This document shows positions 27,100 through 39,533 of a stretch of DNA of 64,000 nucleotides, in pieces. Position 1 is the stretch's first letter. The number at the start of each line of letters is the position of its first letter. The notes under the pieces are model-generated. The model saw nothing but the letters and a program-made list of their open reading frames with translations. It was not told the DNA's origin and did no database searches. Origin of the DNA: Mustelus asterias (taxonomy: Eukaryota); NCBI RefSeq assembly GCF_964213995.1, contig NC_135812.1, forward strand, positions 28,272,001 to 28,336,000, in the 5' to 3' direction. Made by a program: the position numbers and the translations under genes.

Positions 27100-28626
27100 T
27101 CACCAAAACTTTAAGGTAATATCATTGATGTGTAAAATGTAGACAACGAAACAATTGCAGAACATATAAAGCAAAAGTACAGATAAGGAAATAATTGTGT
27201 TGCTATGAATAGTATCTATCATGAGATTCACCAAACCAGTCAAGATATTAGATTGCAGGAAAAACAGCAGTTGGTTTCTGCTTACAGCCTCAATAAGACA
27301 AAAATGTATACTGGTTTTATCCACCTTTCCAGAAGGACTGCTTTTCAACAAAGTCCTATCCTTCTCATGTTGGGAAGAACCTCGTAAAATGTTCCATGAA
27401 CTTGGCACATTTGAAATCCCCGAAATAACTTTGACAAATACTAAAATAAGATCAGCCAGCATATGAATCATCAGAAAAAACAAACTCTGCCCAACCGTCC
27501 ATAAAACAAAACTCAGGTTGGCCATCCGGCGAGATACGGTCTCGGTGAGATTCTCAGACACAAGCAGTAGCAGCCACATTAGCAAAAAGCCCATCAAAAG
27601 GGAACCTTGTACTTTTATCCATTCTATCACCAGTGTCCTCTTCTTCATTATGAAAACGCCGGCCTGTACGCCAGCCATGTAAATAGCTAAGTACCCTAGC
27701 AATGAAAAGAGTCCTTCTCTGTTGGCATTAATGAACCCAACCCTGGTGTCTTTGCCATCACTTCCATGCAATATAAATTGCTTCAGATTTGTAGTTTCAA
27801 GAAGCAATTGATAACCGATGGCAATGCTAGCTGACAAGATCCAAGAGCTTCTAACAGGGCATAATATCAAAAGAAAAGATGATAGGATCCTAACTATAGC
27901 CAGTGTGAAAAAGAAGTTCCAATGTAAACCATATTCAGATATGTGCTCATGATAATCCACTGCTCTAACACTTAGTAGACGAGCTAATCCTAAAAAAACT
28001 AAGGGCCATACTGCTATGATCTGTTTAATCATAAAACTAAATTTGGAATGTGATGTATTTTTGTTCCTCTGCCTTGCTTCAGGAGAAACAAGGGCATTTG
28101 CAAAAACAAAAGCAGCCACTCCAAAATCCATAATTCCAGTCCCATAGGTTTCAGCTTTAGCATAGCGTCTTGGAAAAATTGGAAAGTCCACAGCTAGGAT
28201 GCTGATGCCAGTCTTTATGTTAACAAAGACGCGGAACAAAGTGACAAAGGGAACGTAATTCACATCCAAGCTGGTTTCTAAAAAAGATCCGATTACTTCT
28301 TTTAAGTGTTGATGGGAATAGTGCTTTCTTTGACTGTATATCTGAAACACAGATAGCCCAAGTACAGCTGCTAGAACCAGCACCATCCAGTGAAGTATAT
28401 CTGACAAAACAGTGCAGGACAGTACAAGAGATGCCACCAGCAAAATAAAATCAATCAGCAGGAGTCTTTTCCACGATGATGCGGTACTTGGTCCAACAAA
28501 ATACATTAATATCAGTCCTCGGCAGTTGACACATAACGCAGACAGAATTAAACCCAATAAATTCTCAGCCAGTGTAGTACCAGTCAGGTTACTGATAAAT
28601 GCTTCTTTTAAATCTTTTTGTGCCAT
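27100..28626 (-). CDS. PIGW: PIGW, GPI inositol acyltransferase (GWT1 family), single coding exon, 508 aa
   Basis: Intact ORF with MAQKDLKEAFISNLTGTT start, ILAVDFPIFPRRYAKAETYGTGIMDFGV, EHISEYGLHWNFFFTLA, NANREG, VSRRMANL and a KFW end. Acceptor cttcag|GAAAA at 28647/28646. An in-frame ATG at 28641 would add 5 aa. Confidence 0.96.
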   Translation of the reverse strand: MAQKDLKEAFISNLTGTTLAENLLGLILSALCVNCRGLILMYFVGPSTASSWKRLLLIDFILLVASLVLSCTVLSDILHWMVLVLAAVLGLSVFQIYSQRKHYSHQHLKEVIGSFLETSLDVNYVPFVTLFRVFVNIKTGISILAVDFPIFPRRYAKAETYGTGIMDFGVAAFVFANALVSPEARQRNKNTSHSKFSFMIKQIIAVWPLVFLGLARLLSVRAVDYHEHISEYGLHWNFFFTLAIVRILSSFLLILCPVRSSWILSASIAIGYQLLLETTNLKQFILHGSDGKDTRVGFINANREGLFSLLGYLAIYMAGVQAGVFIMKKRTLVIEWIKVQGSLLMGFLLMWLLLLVSENLTETVSRRMANLSFVLWTVGQSLFFLMIHMLADLILVFVKVISGISNVPSSWNILRGSSQHEKDRTLLKSSPSGKVDKTSIHFCLIEAVSRNQLLFFLQSNILTGLVNLMIDTIHSNTIISLSVLLLYMFCNCFVVYILHINDITLKFW

Positions 28627-29509
28627 ATTAGGATTGATCATTTTTCCTGAAGACATCTGATGATATGCTGCATTTGGTAATAGATTGTTGGAAAGCAAAC
28701 CAGAGTATATCATTGATTTACTAACCATACAAAGGTTATTGACTCAAAATGTTAACCTTGTCTGTCTCTTCAACGATGCTTGAGTATTTTGCTTTTCTTA
28801 TGCCTAGAATTAGGTAGGGTGGTTTCTGTTGGGTCAGTAGGGGAGATAAAATGGCTCTTACAAGGGCAAACAGTTTTTTTAAAAAAAGAGTAATCCTATA
28901 ACATTCTTATATCAGAAGAGAAAATGCTGGAAATTCTCAGCAGGTCTGGCAGCATCTGTTACTGCATCCGCAGTAATTTGCTTTTATCCTTGTATCAGAT
29001 GCATTTTAAAGGCATCTTCGTTTTTGGCTTTAGGATCCTTGTCCAAAAGAAGTTACTCCTAAGTTTTTTTTGGCTGTTGCAGTGCTTAGAAGTGACACTG
29101 GGCAGTTCACACTGAACGAACGAAGCATCTGGCAGCCACTTGGTGAGGGATAGCAGCCGACACTGGGCAGTCACTTGGTGAGGAGCCGGAGGTGTGAAGC
29201 CAAGTTTTAGCTGGGGCTCTGGTTCACATTGTCACCCCCACAACCAGGCGCAGGTTTCATCCAGTCAGGGCCACATCTGAAATGGAAACCAATAATGTCA
29301 GCCCAACACTCCCAACATTGACACCATTAGAATGAGGATTATTGTGCTCAACTTTACCAGCGGCCTGTTTTCACTGTTGTCCCGGGGCGCTGGGCCGGGT
29401 TTCCGCTGGAGTGTCCGGCGCTCACAGGCCGAGGGAGCGACTCCTCTCACCCCACGACAGTTCCCACTCCTCCCCGTCCCGCTCTCACTCCGGGCTCCCC
29501 GCTCGCGCT

Positions 29510-29685
29510 GCCCGGCCACGGCGCTCGCGGTCCCGCGCATGCGCCTCCTCGCCACACTGCTCCCGGCCCCGCGCTTGCGCCTCCTCGCCACACTGCTCCC
29601 GGCCCCGCGCATGCGCTTCCTGGCCACGCCTCTCGCGGCCCCGCGCATGCGCCTCCTCGCCACCCTGCTCCCGGCCCCGCGCCCG
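29510..29685. repeat. 36-bp tandem repeat (~4.5 copies) carrying NRF1 sites
   Basis: Unit CCGCGCATGCGCCTCCTCGCCACACTGCTCCCGGCC; motif period is exactly 36 (29535, 29571, 29607, 29643, 29679). Confidence 0.93.
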
Positions 29686-29762
29686 CTGAGGTGAAAGATC
29701 AGGGGGTGGGAACGGGAACAGTTGCCGGATCTCGCGAGACCAGCTGGCGACGGAGAGCGGGA

Positions 29763-29843
29763 ATGGCCGCTTCAAGCATCCACCCGGAGCGGCAGGACGC
29801 TGTCCCCAAGCGGAGAGCCCCCTGCCCGGCAGCCGGCACACAG
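29763..29843 (+). CDS. MYO19: MYO19 putative first coding exon (MAASSIHPERQDAVPKRRAPCPAAGTQ)
   Basis: GGAATGG Kozak context, 27 codons, strong phase-0 donor CAG|GTAAGA; in frame with the exon at 39534. Supported by splice logic, not homology. Confidence 0.55.
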
Positions 29844-30710
29844 GTAAGAGCGGCCCCTGCCTGCCTATCTGTCTGTCACCAACAGGGGAGCTGGAGGACT
29901 TGGAGAGAGTGGATTTGATTTGATTTATTATTGGCACATGTATTAGTATTCAGTGGAAAATATTGTTTCTTGCGCGCTACATAGACAAAGCATACCGTTC
30001 ATAGAGTACATAGGGGAGAAGGAAAGGAGGAAGTGCAGAATTTAGAGTTACAGTCATAGCTAGGGTGTAGACAAATCTGTTTAATATAAGATAGGTCCAT
30101 TGGGAGAGAGCAGAGGGGGCACTGGGAGTAGGAGGGGGAACCTTGGACAAGGGTTCGAAGACAAGGGATGCGATGGGCTGAGGGCAGAGTGACTCTGTGG
30201 TAAAAGGGGCACTGGGGGCAGATGGGGACAGGACTGGGGTCTGAGGGCAGAGGGAATTGGGTGAGGGGGTCTGTGCATAGAGGGGTCTGGGGGCAGACGA
30301 GGACAGGATAGGGGATTGGGGGGGTCTGTGGGTAGAGGGGCACTGGGGATGGGGGGCTCTGAAGTCAGAGGGGGTGGGGATAGATTAAGGGTAGAGAGGC
30401 AAGGAGGGTCTGTGGGTAATGGTAAAGGGGATTGGGGCTGGGAAAGGGATTGAGGGACAGGAGATGGTGGGCAGGGGGACAAGGTATGGGGTAGGGGGCA
30501 GAGGATGAGCGTAGGGGTTGGGAGATTGGGGTCCTCAGTGCTAGGGGGTTAGGGATAAGGTTGAAGGAGGTATGGGAGCAGATTTTGGGGGCTGCCTGTG
30601 AGTCAGCCTGCATATGTCACCATCTGCTAATCCTCTCTGTTCGGCCTTTACTGTACTTGGGAGTGTTAAATGAGGCAAAGTGTTTTATTTTCCTGCACAG
30701 GAATAATCAT

Positions 30711-30900
30711 GATGTGGAGATGCCGGCGTTGGACTGGGGTGAACACAGTAAGATGTCTCACAACACCAGGTTAAAGTCCAACAGGTTTATTTGGTAGCAA
30801 ATACCATAAGCTTTCGGAAGGAGCAGCGCTCCGAAAGCTTATGGTATTTGCTACCAAATAAACCTGTTGGACTTTAACCTGGTGTTGTGAGACTTCTTAC
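30711..30900. mobile_element. Fold-back Penelope-like insertion
   Basis: ~70-bp near-perfect inverted arms (30748-30900); 14-bp TSD ACAGGAATAATCAT (30697-30710, 30899-30912). Confidence 0.88.
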
Positions 30901-33900
30901 AGGAATAATCATCACAGGGGCAATGTCATCTTCATTGCAGTCCCATTGCACTGTACACATTACCTTGCTTCTGAATAAATTTCTCCTGTTTGATTGTGAG
31001 ACAAGCTGCAGGGTTTTTTTAAACATTTAAAATGTGCAAATGTTAAGGAAGAGGGAAAGGGTATAGAAGGATCACAAATATTGAAGTATAGAAACACTGC
31101 CAACCTTAAGCTGGCAATTTGAAATCACACACTTGATAATTGTGACTAAATTTCAATTGTACTTGATTTGCTGTAAAGTGCCGTAGGATGTCTTGAAGTT
31201 GAGAGTTGCATAAATGTAAGTCTTTCTGACAGTGAAGTGACTGGTCACTAAACTAATTTATTTTAACATGGTGACGATTACTGATTTCTGAGGAGAACAA
31301 TCTGCATGATTATACATAGGGGTCTTCCTTTAACTGATTCTCAGACAAAACTGGTATATAAATATTCCGTTGCAAATTTGCTATTATAATGACACCACTT
31401 GTTAAATATTTGCTTTTCTTTTTGGTCCTGAGAAGCCTATTTGAATTTTAATAGTATTTTCCAAACTGACTTGCGCTATCCCTACACACACAGACACATG
31501 CACGCTCGCTCGCTGGAAAATCTCAGCAAGTCTGACAGCATCTGTGGAGAGAGAAAAGAGCCAATGTTTGAGTCTGGATGACCCGTCATCCCTATCCCTT
31601 ATCTGCTCGGAACTATGCCTGTGTGTAACAGATCAGGAACAGAATCTAGCTTAGCTGTGATGCGTGTCACAGCTGAATGGCTTGCTAACTGTACAACATT
31701 GTACGGTATCCCCTGAGCGTGCTGGGTGATTTCTTGAAACATATTTTAGAATTACACTTTAATTTTTTTTTCTCGTGACTGGTGTTGGCTCTGCTTTGCA
31801 AACACTGGGAGCAGTAACCACACAATTCACTGATGTGTTTGAACTTGTATTGCTGGATTTTGAGTAGTTTCATGCAGCTTCTTACAATGCTGATTGAATT
31901 CAACATGGTCATACTCTCAGCTTAAAGAACTGTTTGAAATATGTTGAAAATTATACACCTATTAAATTTGGCTTTACAGTGGAAATAACAGGTCAGTGGA
32001 AAGGTTGTGTTGAAGGGCGGAATTTTACCGAAGGTAATAGTTGAGCTATTAAATTTTTGGTAGGCATGGCAATAATGCTGTATCTTTGATCTCCTCCTAT
32101 GAAACAGTAAGAATGGGATTGTCTCCCTTCCCGAGTCTGTTGGAATCATCTTGCTGTGTCTGACTTTATGGAAACAGTCAAGCCCTTAACAAATTTTTGA
32201 GTCTAACTCCACCCTGTTGAAAAATGTGATGTTGTAATTAGTAGGATTATAGAAATTGTTTCAGAGTGGGCCGCGGGTGGTTCTGTTCCAAAAGTAGCAA
32301 GCTAGAAGTGACTCACAACAGCCATGATGCATTCTGTGAAGTTACTGTCCTGGCTTGTGAGCAATTCCTTGGCTGCAGTGTATTAATTTCACTTCAGCAA
32401 CTTTTAATAGTTGTAACATTTAACATTTTTGTATTTGCTCTTTTGAGTATGCATTTAGGCGATTGTAAAACAAAATTATTTTCGAAAGTACACAAATGTT
32501 GTCCCCATTGGAGTTTTTAATGGATGGAATACAGCTGTGCGGTATTTGCAGAAACAGAAACCTGTGCCATACACGGATCGGTGTTCAGTGGTTCAGAAAG
32601 CAAATTTTGTGGTGACGTCAAAGTTGGGGAACTCTTCAGTGGAAAAGACCTCCAACACACCAAAACATCGGATCTTTATTTGACTTCAGTCTAATCTTAA
32701 TGTCTGGCTGGAAATATGATTGGATTGTCATTTATTTACAATTAAAATTTGTTTTTAGCTATTTGTTAAAACAACCTCCTCATTTATCATTTGAAACATT
32801 GGGGGAGCTGGAATTTGACTTTTAAAAGCATTAGCCAATTTTCAAAATGCTGACAGACAAATAAAACAGCAAATAAACTCATGTAACCAAAAAACTCATT
32901 TGGGATTCTCCCAAGATGAAATCATTGCCAAAGCTAGCTCTAGCAGACGAAATTGAGAAATCCAGATATCTTTATAATAAAGCTAAATAATATGTGTTCA
33001 TGAACCTTTTGATTCCATGTTTAAACACTGAGTAATCTTTCTGAATATATTAAGTTTGTAATCAATGAATTGGTGAAGTGGGTGAGCCCTTTGTTCTTTT
33101 CAAAAATAAAGGGCCAAATCTGTAAATGATGGAATGATTTATTGGCTTTGAATCATATCTTGTCTTACTTTTGAAATGTGTTCCCAGTCACAAACAACAA
33201 TTAGACTGTGATGGGCACGAACTGCTACTGTTCATTGAAAATTTTATGCTTAAAGGCATCTGAGCTAATAGAATGTGGGCTAAGTGTAACAATTGCTGGT
33301 AAGAATTTTTAAAGTGATTGAGACTTACTGATTACAGCAATCACCCGGAAAGATGATATAAAATCAGTCTTGAATTGTTCTGTTTCAGAAAAGCAAAGAG
33401 CCTTTCTTCTAAAAGATAATGTATCTAAATATTCATTAGAGGTACCCTCTGGACAGCTGTGGAGCACAATCGCAACTAAGAGCACTAATTATTTAATAAA
33501 ATATCCTTTGGTCCTGAGTACAATAAATGCACAAAATGTTTTTTGACAACAGTGTTTGGATTTTTAAAAATTTGATTTAATATTGTCACATGTATTAGTA
33601 TACAGTGAAAAGTATTGTTTCTTGCGCGCTATTCAGACAAAACATACCGTTCATAGAGACGGAAAGGAGCGAGTGCAGAATGTAGTGTTACAGTCATAGC
33701 TAGGGTGTAGAGAAAGATCAACTTAACGCAAAGTAAGTCCATTCAAAAGTCTGACAGCAGCAAGGAGAAGCTGTTCTTGAGTCGGTTGGTACATGACCTC
33801 AGACTTTTGTATCTTTTTCCCGAAGGAAGAAGGTGGAAGAGAGAATGTCCGGGCTGCATGGAGTCCTTAATAATGCTGTCTGCTTTGCCAAGGAAGTGTA

Positions 33901-36900
33901 GACAGAGTCAATGGCAAACTTAGGCCAAATTAACATGGATTTGGACCACTGAAATATGGAATAAAGTTGAAAGTGTTTCAAATGTATTGAGACTATTTGG
34001 AATTTTTAAAAAATGAGCAGAAGACATGGATGTAGAGGGTTCAGTTGTACTAAGATTGAATAGATCAATAAGGCAGTGCCTGAAGTGGATAAGTATGGGA
34101 TAATTAAATTGGACTTGCACTGAGGTACCAAAGCCATGCTGGAATGGATCTGTATTGAATGATGTTGGATATCATGCTGCAGGCGATGAAGATCTTCCAG
34201 CTGAAGTCCTGTAAAACACAGGAAGCTTAAGACAATTATGAAAATCTATGGGTCCAGTGTGTGTGAGAAACTTCCAGACTTCGTCCCCAAGATTGTGACC
34301 ATTGTTCAGGTGTCTCTGCTGCATATCCCCTCCCTCATGCTCATCTAGTGCCCTGAACCCATGCGCTTTTTCTAGTTTCTCTTCCATATTCTCTTGTGCT
34401 GTCTCTGAGTTCAACTTGCCTACGAGACCCACTTTTTGTTCTCATGGTGCCATTCCCACAAAGCCGCAGACACAGCTTCACTTCCTGACCCCCATGCAAG
34501 CCAACATTATAAATTAATCACCCTCTTCAGGTATTATCCCTCTTCCATCTAAAACCACTGTCATACTCTTTTCATTAAAAAAACTTCACTCATCTGTCTT
34601 GGCAAACTGCTACCACATCTCCTACCTCCCCTTCATATCCAAACTCTTTGACATGGTCATCATCTCCCAGACCTGTGCCTATCTTTTCCTGCAACTCCAT
34701 GTTTTAAAGTGTCTAATCAGGTTCAGCCCATTTTTGTTTGATTATGCTTCTGTTAAGTGTCAATTTCAATGTTGAAAACGCTATAAAAATTGAAATTGTT
34801 TTGCTAGTTCAATAATGGAGAGGCATCAGGACATAAGGTTGAGGGAGCACAACTTACACTTTTATAGTCTTTGATCAGCATCACAACAAACAATTCTTCA
34901 AAGAATCAACACTTCTCCGCTTATCAGGATGAGAAACGTTGCTGAGAAACAGAAGTTATTTTCATCTTTAACACTAAGCGCAACTATCTAGCACTCCTAT
35001 AGCACTCTGTTCCAACAATGTGCCTGACTCATTGAATGCATTTCTTCTATTCTTGTGTGGCAAGTTCCATTTCTCTCTGCAACTTTCCTTGGATTTCTGT
35101 GTGAGATTAGCAATCATTGTTAAATTTGGAAAAGTTTTGTGCTGTGCTACTTGCATTTATACAACTGGATTGAAATTGGCTAAACTCATTTCATATCAGA
35201 TATTCTATAGCTGTCAGATAGAGGGGACTTTTATGCCATCCTTTTTAGCTTGATTTGAACTTGAGGTGGAAGGCTGGTGGATGAACCACTGCGCAACAAT
35301 TCCCTAACCTAACCGTTTCTCAAATAGACTCTGTGTGAGTTAGCGGCATCCTTATTGTGGGGCAGTGGGTAGCACCGTAACTAATTCTGCCCCATGTTTG
35401 TTAATCCAGTTGCCATTAGATATTTGTGTATAAGAGTAATTACTCTTCTAGGTGTATGAGGGAACGTGACTTTGGGTTCTGTTATGTTGGTGCTTTTTCT
35501 TTTACATGTGAAATAACCAAGTTTTTCAGCCTTCCATTTGTCCACGTTTCTCTTTCCGTCATGTTTAACTATTTTTGTTTTTGAGAAGAGTGGATGATGT
35601 GCACTTCACACTTCAGGAAACATTGACTCATCTGTGGCTTGGCATAAATAGGCTGTCTAGCAATATGGAGCCATTGAGAGAAGTGATGGAGAGGCCAAAA
35701 TGAATATCATCAGCATATATGTCTGCAGATGATGTCAGCCTGTACTTAAAGAATGGAGTTAAGACAGGCTTTACAGAGAGCTCTGAGTTAATACTATCTG
35801 CCTGGGTCAAGTTTTCTCTATTGGAGATGTGCAATTGTAAGTGGGTGCAAGGAGTAGATCCATGGGTTGAATAATGGAAGAGAATGGTGTGGTTAATATG
35901 CTGAAATATGGAGGGTTGAGGATACAGAGAGATAAACAAGTTGTTATTTGTAAGTAGGACTTGGGTGATCTCAGTGCTGTGAGTAGACTAAAGATTACAG
36001 TGGAGGGATTGAAAGGGAGATTTTGGAGAGAAGGACACAGAGTTGGGGGTTGATGACATATCTGAGGACCTTGGATTAAAAAGGTGGTTGGAACTTGGTG
36101 TGGTAATTGTAACAGATGGATGGACCCAAAGTAGAGTTTTGCGAAGTGCTGAATCTAGATTTGAAAAGTATATTTTTTAAAGTTTATTTATGGAAAACCA
36201 TTAGTTCTCTTCAAATGAACATCAAGCTGGGAATTGAACTGGGTCCCTGGTGCTGTGAGGCAGCAGTGCAAACCACTGTGCCACCGTGTATATGGATGGT
36301 GCCTGAGGAAAGAAAGGCAATGTTGACGAGATGTTATTTAGTGGGGAAGAGAACTTGAAAATGGAAGTTGGGGGTTCATGAAAGAAATTGGCTTGGAGAG
36401 TTGATGGGGTGATGGCAGAAAAAGCAAAGATGATTGTGTGATGGGAGAATCTTGTGGGATGGACAAGAGACTGTGGGAGGTCAGGAGCAATGGGGGAGGA
36501 GAGTGAAGTAGCAGCAGAAGCAGGTATTCTCAGACTTTAAAACTATTTATCGTCACTGCTGTACTGCGTCTGTACTTCGCTTTCCTCGTTTAAGATATCC
36601 CTTAAAACTTAACTCTTTGACCAAGCTTTTGATCACTTGATATACTATTTTCTTATGTGGCTCAGTATCATGTTTGTTAATGTTCCTGAGAAAAGTCTTT
36701 GGGCATTTTATGTTACAGGCATTACATAAATTGAAGTTATTGTAGGGAAATGGCAGTCAGTTTGTGCACAGCAAGCTTCCACAACCGGCGTGAAGTAAGC
36801 CATCAGCTCATTGTTTTGTAGGTATCGATTGAGGAATATTAGCCAGGATACTGCAGTAATGTCCATGCTCTTTGAACAGAATTATGGGATCATACGTTCA

Positions 36901-37689
36901 CCTGGAAGGCCAGGCAGGACCTCTGTTTAATCGCCCAACTGAAAGGTGGCACCTCTGACAGTCGCTTGGGTGTCAGTCCAGATTTTGTGCTCAAGTCTCT
37001 GGAGTGTAGCTTGAATCCACTGGGCCAAAGCTGTCCCACTTGGGTTTAAGGAATTTGATTTTAGGAAGTGAGGGTGGGGAGAATCATCACCTTCAGCAAG
37101 TAGTTGAAAGGCCAAGAGAGAGAGAGAGGAATTAAGTTTCAAACAACTTCACTGCTTTTAATAAGACACCAGAACAGCCTTGCCCTGAGGGGTTTGCAGT
37201 GTGTGCACATTAAATACAGCCATTGTATAAATGTTTCAAATTAATTTGCAACGTCCTCCATTGATGCAGGTCAACATTTTTTTGATGTGAAAATAATTCC
37301 TGATATGCATTAGGCAGGCTGCGTTGGAAAGGATCACACTTGCTACTCGCACCTAGAGTGCTAACCTGTAAATGTGCACTTACTTTGTGCTGAAAACTCA
37401 GTTCCTTGTGTGGGTGACCACGTACTCGCTGATGTTGCATTTGGAGAGAACTAATGAATTTCCAATTTTGTTGTTTTAACTCGTTTTCCTACAATGCTTA
37501 ATTTAAAACCACTATATCTCACATGAGGCAGATACAGAATTGTGGTATTTATTCAGAAGAACTGAACTAAAGCTCTGACTGCTGATAGTCGCAATAATGA
37601 GGTAATGCGTACTGTTCCAGTTGCCAAGTTCTGCACACATGAGGATGGCCTCAACCAGGATCTTGGGTTCATGTCACACCACCTGTAAC

Positions 37690-37980
37690 CATTTGGTCTG
37701 GGCTTGCAAAATCTTACTAACTGTCCTGGCTTGAGACAATTCATACCTCTTTAACCTGTGCTTGACCCTCTCTCCACTCGCATTGTCTGCACCTGTAAAA
37801 CTTGATTACCTGTTAAGACCTGCATTCCAACCATTATCTTATCATTGTGTCTGTATCTACATATGCCCTGTTTGTGAATCCAACTCTTTACTCACCTGAT
37901 GAAGGAGCAGTGCTCTGAAAGCTCGTGCTACCAACTAAACCTGTTGGACTTTAATCTGGTGTTGTGAGATGTCTTACTGT
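37690..37980 (+). mobile_element. Penelope-like pseudo-LTR with hammerhead core, sense to MYO19 pre-mRNA
   Basis: CAC-CTGATGA-AGGAGCAGTGCTCT-GAAAGCTC-GTG near 37893-37928, followed by the shared AAACCTGTTGGACTTTAA end. Confidence 0.75.
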
Positions 37981-38829
37981 TCTAGTTGGTTAGAGAATCT
38001 TTGTGTCACACCTGATGATGATATGCAAGAACAATATGGCTGAAAGCTCTTTTTATTCCTGTGATGACTGCTGTATTCAAGCATTCTTGTACTGAAGTAT
38101 GACATTGAAGCAACAGTAGTATTTTCTTTTAATTTGCGGAGAAAAACAGCATTGCTTAACATTTTTTAATGGAATTGTGGGGCTACTTTTTAATGAAATT
38201 GTGAGGCTAGATTAATTTTCTTTCAATTTAAAAATGCTCTAATTTCTCTCTGCTGCATTTTCTACCTTCCCACACTCCCACGGGCATCAGTTCATGGGGC
38301 TATTGTTCTATAGAGCAGGTATGCTTGTACGTCACTTAAGTGACCGATTGTTTGTCCCACAAGCCTGGTCAATGAGTGGACTTGCAACATTGTGTCAGTA
38401 GGTCATAATAACCATCTGTCAGCTAACTCTGCTCCTCCTTCACCTTCTGTTCACAAAGATAGGTTTTCCAGGAGGATGTCATACAGGACTGGAAATGCTC
38501 AACAATTTCACTTCTTCTCCATCTGTATCACGCTGGCTGAGATCAGCTAACTCAACATCAGAGTTGGAGTTGATCCGGGGAATTCCATAATTGCATATGA
38601 CCTTGTCTTCTTCAACATGACGTTTTACAGTGCTTGTAAAGAAGCAGCATTTTTATTCTAGGCACCTGATACCGACATTAAATGCTTCAAGGTTACTTGT
38701 CGCTCCCTCCTCATTGTATCCCAGCTCCAACTCGTACAGTATAGCACTCGCTTGCTATACCAGTGTGGCCACTTCCAATTTTTCACTTCATTCATCTTTG
38801 AAAAAGATTGCCAATTGGGACAATTTATT

Positions 38830-39040
38830 AATAAAAGCAAATTACTGCGGATGCTGGAATCTGAAACCAAAGGAGAAAATGCTGGAAAATCTCAGCAGGT
38901 CTGGCAGCATCTGTAAGGAGAGAAAAGAGCTGACGTTTCGAGTCCAAATGACAAAGCTTTGACAAAGGATCATCTGAACTCGAAACGTCTGCTCTTTTCC
39001 CTCCTTTCAGATGCTGCCAGACCTGCTTAGATTTTCCAGG
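38830..39040. mobile_element. Palindromic Penelope-derived element (same family as 570-785)
   Basis: CTGGAAAATCTCAGCAGGTCTGGCAGCATCTG...CAGATGCTGCCAGACCTGCTTAGATTTTCCAG inverted arms around a degenerate hammerhead pair. Confidence 0.75.
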
Positions 39041-39533
39041 GTGAGAGATAATTTATTGTTGCAGTCACACATTGGATTCTTATAGCCAGCATGGAGAGGA
39101 GTCTCCTCCTCCTCTTGTTCTAAGCAGGATTTCAACTGAGATTCCAGACCTGAAAAGCAGTGTTCCACTTAACAGCTCAACCCCAGTGCCCCAGCTCCAT
39201 ATGTATGTAAAGAACAGAAACAGTGACCACTCTTCTGGAGTTCTTTCTACCAGATTTATTATAAACTTAAAAACAGAATTGGATATTTTCTGTGTATTTT
39301 CAATTCTGTACCACTGACCAATATTTCATAAAAAGAAGAAAAGGAAGTTTAGTAAATATTGGGTACGGTTTAGTTGTATGCAACACACTTGATGGTAATT
39401 TAACAAATGCAATAGTGCACCAATACATTGTTTACTGCTCGCTTAAGATGAATACATGTTAGCAATAAAAATTAAGCAAGTGGATTCACACTCGAGAAAA
39501 AATGCATTTTTAAATGTTTCTGGTTGTTTTCAG

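Larger units (their letters stand above)
29360..29880. promoter_or_regulatory. Bidirectional PIGW/MYO19 CpG-island promoter
   Basis: CpG-dense region between head-to-head genes; NRF1 palindromes GCGCATGCGC at 29535, 29607 and 29643; BANP-type TCTCGCGAGA at 29730-29739; candidate PIGW exon-1 donor CTG|GTAAAG (- strand) near 29357. Confidence 0.88.

Noticed and set aside
28627-28728. Longer 542-aa PIGW start from the ORF track
   Set aside because: Extends upstream of a plausible splice acceptor at 28647 and has no PIGW homology; the homologous start is 28626.
29510-29685. CRISPR-like array (28- and 36-bp periodic repeats)
   Set aside because: Head-to-tail units with no unique spacers, in vertebrate promoters.
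29298-29937. Arg/Ala-rich repetitive ORFs on both strands
   Set aside because: Artefacts of the GC-rich 36-bp repeat, whose period is a multiple of 3.
32613-32620. Isolated CRE TGACGTCA in MYO19 intron 1
   Set aside because: A single 8-mer is expected by chance in 64 kb and has no supporting neighbouring motifs.
38290-38600. Possible conserved ncRNA or tRNA-like gene (similar pieces at ~14390-14510, 46490-46680, 49700-49960)
   Set aside because: Shared GCTGAGATCAGCTAACTC-type motif suggests decayed ancient SINE fragments; no complete RNA structure could be supported.
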